Below are positions 60,320-64,000 of a stretch of DNA of 64,000 bases, piece after piece. Under the pieces are notes generated by a model. The model worked only from the letters and a program-made list of their open reading frames with translations. It did not search any database and was not told the origin of the DNA. How positions within the stretch are numbered: position 1 is the first letter of the stretch; every line of letters starts with the position of its first letter. The stretch is from NCBI GenBank assembly GCA_001817915.1, contig MHJJ01000014.1, positions 3,695 to 67,694 on the forward strand, given 5' to 3'. This stretch comes from Candidatus Harrisonbacteria bacterium RIFCSPLOWO2_01_FULL_44_18. GTDB lineage: Bacteria > Patescibacteriota > Minisyncoccia > UBA6257 > WO2-44-18. The translations under genes were made by a program, and so were the position numbers.

Positions 60320-63300
60320 ATGGCTAAAACAAAAGCAAAAAAAGCGAGTAAAAATGAGGAGAAACAGCCTTCTTATACTGCCAAAGACATTTATGTTTTG
60401 GAAGGATTGGAGCCGGTTCGAAAGCGGCCGGGGATGTATATTGGCACAACTGATGTTGCTGGCCTACACCACCTAATTTATGAAGTCGTTGATAATTCAA
60501 TTGACGAGGCGATGGCCGGATACGCGAAAAATATTCAAGTTGAGTTTTTGCCGGGCAATCGGATAGCGGTAACCGATGATGGCCGCGGCATTCCGGTAGA
60601 GATTCATAAACAAACCAAAAAATCCGCGCTTGAAACCGTGATGACAACTTTGCATGCCGGAGGGAAATTTGGCGGCGAATCTTATAAAGTCTCCGGCGGC
60701 TTGCATGGCGTCGGCGTTTCGGTAGTTTGCGCCCTCTCAAAGTGGATGAAAGCGGAGGTTTGCCGCGATAAAGGACTTTATGTTCAAGAATATGAGCGCG
60801 GTAAACCGCAATATAAAGTTAAAAAAATAGCAAAGTGCGATAGTACCGGCACTAAAGTAACTTTTGAGCCGGATCCGGAAATTTTTAAAACGATTGAATT
60901 CGACCGCAAGCGCGTCTTGGATCATTTGCGCCAGCAAGCTTTTCTTACTAAAGGCGCAAGAATCGAAGTCATCGATATTCGCGAAAAAACGCCTTTTTAC
61001 CACGCCTTCTATTTTGACGGCGGACTTTTATCATTTATCAAATTTCTTAACCGCAGCGAAAAACCGCTGCAAGAGACGCCTTTTTACATTAATAAAACCT
61101 CGGAGGGCGTGGAGGTTGAGGCGGTTTTTACTTATAATAACGAATTGGAAATTCAGGAATTGAGCTTTGCCAATAATATTTATACTCCTGATGGCGGGAT
61201 GCATTTGACCGGTTTTCGTTCGGCCTTAACCCGCACTTTAAATGATTATGCTCGCGGCAACGATTATGTTAAAAAAGATGAAGATAATTTGACTGGTGAT
61301 GATGTGAGGGAGGGTCTTGTTGCCATTGTTTCGGTGAAAATTCGCGAGCCGCAATTTGAAGGCCAGACTAAGGCAAGGTTAGGAAATTCTGAAGCCAGGA
61401 CGGCGGTTGAGGGCGTTATCGGTGAAGCGCTTAAGGAATTTTTGGAAAGAAATTCTGTCGATGCCAGGCGTATCATGGAAAAATGCCTGTTGGCCGCTAA
61501 GGCCAGGAAAGCGGCTAAAGCGGCGAAAGAAACCGTGCTACGCAAGGGGATTTTAGAAGGATTAACTCTGCCCGGAAAATTAGCCGATTGTAGTTCAAGA
61601 AACCCCGAAGAATCGGAGTTGTTTATCGTGGAAGGAGATAGCGCCGGTGGGTGTTTTTTCGGTGAAACAAAAGTAGCTTTATTAGATGGAAGGAATATCT
61701 CGTTTAAAGATTTAGTTGAGGAAGAAAAAAAAGGAAAGAAAAATTTTTGTTATACCATAAAAAAAGATGGCCATATTGGCGTTGCTCCTATTTTAAATCC
61801 AAGAATAACCAGGCAGAATGCTAAAGTGGCTAAGGTTATTTTGGATAATGGTCAAGAAATTATATGTACGCCAGGTCATAAGTTTATGCTTAGAGATGGC
61901 ACTTTTAGAGAGGCCAAAGATTTAAATTGCAGAGATTCTTTAATGCCTTTATATCGAAAAAAATCGGAGATTGGAGGGCGAATAACAATTGATGGGTATG
62001 AAATGGTCTACAATCCTAAAGAAAATTTTTGGAGGTTTACTCATGTTTTATCAGATGGGCTTAATTTAGAAAATAAAACGTATTTTGAAACTAATGGACC
62101 ACAAAGGCACCATAAAGATTTTAATAAATTAAATAATAATCCGAATAATATTACCCGACTATCCAAAGAAGATCATTTTAGAATCCATCAAGAAATTGCC
62201 CTGACCGTATTGAGAAGCCCAGAGGTTTTAGAAAAATTAAGGAAAATAAGGCAATCCCCCGAATATAGAAATAGGATAAGCAAAAAAATGCGCGAGCCCA
62301 GAATGAGAGCCATACTTAGCGAAAGAGCCAAAAAACAATGGGAAAACGAGAATTATAAAAAATTTATGGCTCAGAAGTTTTTAGGATTTTATAAAAATAA
62401 TGAGGAATACAGAAATAAAAATAAAAAATTACTGTACAAAAGCCAGATGGAGTATTGGAACAACGAAGACAACAGAAAGAAACAAGCCGAAAGGGTTAGA
62501 AATTATTTCCATAAAAATTTAGTCATAAGGTCTTGGCTTTCTCAAATCGCGAAACAGCAGTGGGATGATTCAGCTCTAATAAAATGGAGGGCGAACAAAA
62601 CCAAAGAACAATGGACTCAAGCATTTAGAATTAAAAGGAGCATGGCTTATAGCAAGACATATAAAGAGAAGGCCCTGAAATTGCTAAAAGAACTTTTTGA
62701 TGGAAATGGGAAAATTGAAAAAGGAGAATATACACGGGAAAGACTTATTAGAAAAGACAAATCTATCCTTAGATATGAAACCATTTGTGAAAGATTTTTT
62801 GATAGTGATGAAAATAAATTGAAAGAAGCCGTAATAAATTACAATCATAAAATTAAAGCAGTGATTCCATTAGAAGAAAAGATGGACGTATACGATATAG
62901 AGGTTCCCAATACTCACAATTTTGCTCTTGCTTCTGGAGTTTTTGTTCATAATAGTAGTAAGCAAGGACGTGACCGGCGAACTCAAGCAATTCTTCCGCT
63001 TAAGGGCAAGATTTTGAATGTGGAAAAATCAAGGATTGATAAAATGCTTTTGAACAAAGAGATTAAAGCGTTAGTGGTTGCCATAGGAACGGCGATAGCC
63101 GAGTCGTTCGATATCAATAAATTGCGCTACCATAAAGTGATTTTAATGACTGACGCCGATGTTGACGGATCGCATATCCGGACTTTGCTTTTGACTCTTT
63201 TTTATCGCTACTTTCCCCAAATTATTGACGAAGGCCATCTTTACATCGCCCAACCCCCGCTTTATCGCGTTCAAAAAGGCAAAGAAATAAGCTATATTTA

Positions 63301-63553
63301 CAGAGAAGAAGAAAGAGAAAAATTACCGAAAGAGGGGATTAATTTACAGCGCTATAAAGGTCTTGGCGAAATGAATCCGGAACAGCTTTGGGAAACGACC
63401 ATGGATCCGGCCAAAAGAGCATTGAGGATAGTGAAGGTGGATGATGTCGAAGAGGCTGATAGAATGTTTGATGTTTTGATGGGTGAAGACGTTGAGCCGA
63501 GGAAAAATTTTATACAAGCCCACGCTCTTTCAGTTAAAAACTTCGATATATAA
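60320..63553 (+). CDS. gyrB: DNA gyrase subunit B containing an intein
   Basis: Exteins total 643 aa with GyrB ATPase and Toprim blocks (HAGGKFGG, EGDSAGG|S.KQGRDR, MTDADVDGSHI). A 434-aa insertion sits between GG and S. Confidence 0.9.
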   Translation: MAKTKAKKASKNEEKQPSYTAKDIYVLEGLEPVRKRPGMYIGTTDVAGLHHLIYEVVDNSIDEAMAGYAKNIQVEFLPGNRIAVTDDGRGIPVEIHKQTKKSALETVMTTLHAGGKFGGESYKVSGGLHGVGVSVVCALSKWMKAEVCRDKGLYVQEYERGKPQYKVKKIAKCDSTGTKVTFEPDPEIFKTIEFDRKRVLDHLRQQAFLTKGARIEVIDIREKTPFYHAFYFDGGLLSFIKFLNRSEKPLQETPFYINKTSEGVEVEAVFTYNNELEIQELSFANNIYTPDGGMHLTGFRSALTRTLNDYARGNDYVKKDEDNLTGDDVREGLVAIVSVKIREPQFEGQTKARLGNSEARTAVEGVIGEALKEFLERNSVDARRIMEKCLLAAKARKAAKAAKETVLRKGILEGLTLPGKLADCSSRNPEESELFIVEGDSAGGCFFGETKVALLDGRNISFKDLVEEEKKGKKNFCYTIKKDGHIGVAPILNPRITRQNAKVAKVILDNGQEIICTPGHKFMLRDGTFREAKDLNCRDSLMPLYRKKSEIGGRITIDGYEMVYNPKENFWRFTHVLSDGLNLENKTYFETNGPQRHHKDFNKLNNNPNNITRLSKEDHFRIHQEIALTVLRSPEVLEKLRKIRQSPEYRNRISKKMREPRMRAILSERAKKQWENENYKKFMAQKFLGFYKNNEEYRNKNKKLLYKSQMEYWNNEDNRKKQAERVRNYFHKNLVIRSWLSQIAKQQWDDSALIKWRANKTKEQWTQAFRIKRSMAYSKTYKEKALKLLKELFDGNGKIEKGEYTRERLIRKDKSILRYETICERFFDSDENKLKEAVINYNHKIKAVIPLEEKMDVYDIEVPNTHNFALASGVFVHNSSKQGRDRRTQAILPLKGKILNVEKSRIDKMLLNKEIKALVVAIGTAIAESFDINKLRYHKVILMTDADVDGSHIRTLLLTLFYRYFPQIIDEGHLYIAQPPLYRVQKGKEISYIYREEEREKLPKEGINLQRYKGLGEMNPEQLWETTMDPAKRALRIVKVDDVEEADRMFDVLMGEDVEPRKNFIQAHALSVKNFDI
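61652..62953 (+). mobile_element. GyrB intein with HNH-type homing endonuclease domain
   Basis: Begins Cys (CFFGETKVALLDG, block A), block B ICTPGHKF, and ends VFVHN with S as the +1 residue. Central HH...N...N...H motif (RHHKDFNKLNNNPNNITRLSKEDHFRIH). Composition is AT-richer than the exteins. Confidence 0.8.
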
Positions 63554-63630
63554 GAACGGAGAGGTTAGATGCGACAGATGGGGGTTGGGGGTTGACAATT
63601 CATCAAAAATTTACTAAAATATAAAATAAT

Positions 63631-63816
63631 ATGTTAGCTAAATTTCAGGCGTTCCTACAAGAATCGAAACAAGAATTTAAGAGAATCAACTGGCCGGATT
63701 TTCAGGAAACCAGGCGTTTAACTTTAATCGTTATAGGGTTGTCGCTCGGGGTAGCAATTTTTCTGGGCTTGCTGGATTTTATATTCAGCAGTTTATTGCA
63801 GAAATTGATTTTATAA
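63631..63816 (+). CDS. secE: preprotein translocase subunit SecE
   Basis: 61 aa with a single C-terminal TM (LTLIVIGLSLGVAIFLGLLDFIF). Immediately upstream of nusG. Confidence 0.7.
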   Translation: MLAKFQAFLQESKQEFKRINWPDFQETRRLTLIVIGLSLGVAIFLGLLDFIFSSLLQKLIL

Positions 63817-63820
63817 CTCC

Positions 63821-63890
63821 ACCAATATACTAATCAAGCACCAATATACAAATTCGTATATTCGCGCTATATTCGCCATATTGGCGAAGT
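63821..63890. repeat. about 80-bp leader repeat, copy 2 (upstream of nusG)
   Basis: actccaccaatatactaatcaagcaccaatatacaaattcgtatattcgcgctatattcgccatattgg. Confidence 0.8.
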
Positions 63891-63894
63891 AACA

Positions 63895-64000
63895 TGAAGA
63901 CTGAAGAAAAAAAATTAACTAGACATTGGTATGCCATTCATACTTATTCCGGATATGAAGACGCAGTGTCTCGTTATTTAAAACAAAGGGTTGAGTCGTT
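63895..64000 (+). CDS. nusG: transcription antiterminator NusG (5' partial)
   Basis: MKTEEKKLTRHWYAIHTYSGYEDAV matches the NusG NGN-domain start. Runs off the window. Confidence 0.7.

Overview
This window reads as a small, streamlined bacterial genome segment, probably Candidate Phyla Radiation / Patescibacteria-like. That placement is my inference from gene content and repeat architecture. Background GC is about 40-45 %.

Protein-coding content:
- Housekeeping genes: folD, rplS, recO, glyQS, metG, tatD, leuS, glmS, htrA, tdk, ligA, metK, gatC, gatA, murD, pheS, pheT, gyrB, secE and the start of nusG.
- A complete type IV pilus / competence-pilus locus: comF, then pilM-N-O-B-T-C, the major pilin, pilD, three minor pilins, a large Ig-repeat secreted protein and a PilX-like gene.
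- A P2-type P-type ATPase, an M16 peptidase, an M50 site-2 protease, and family-1 glycosyltransferase, HAD, GNAT, NlpC/P60 and 3D-domain proteins.
- 11 intact tRNA genes.

Features that ordinary annotation does not explain:
1. Two loci where an intact tRNA sits inside an insert that splits a second tRNA-like gene of the same anticodon: tRNA-Ala(UGC) at 21425-21667 and tRNA-Arg(CCU) at 21980-22159. Other tRNAs carry only 5'-fragment duplications (Ser-UGA, Met/Ile2-CAU).
2. An initiator tRNA-fMet with non-canonical D and T loops.
3. At least four families of miniature palindromic/MITE-like elements; one has a clean 8-bp target-site duplication. Several sit in-frame inside essential genes (tatD, glyQS, leuS, pheS, murD, gatA, pheT), in the manner of Rickettsia palindromic elements.
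4. A 145-bp structured intercistronic element present three times in the pilus operon, each copy spanning exactly from a stop codon to the next start codon.
5. A GC-rich (~65 %) islet beside tRNA-Leu.
6. A rod-like structured RNA candidate of about 170 nt upstream of ligA.
7. An HNH-type intein in gyrB.

No rRNA, CRISPR array or recognisable IS element / transposase or prophage genes were seen (the MITE-like families are non-autonomous).
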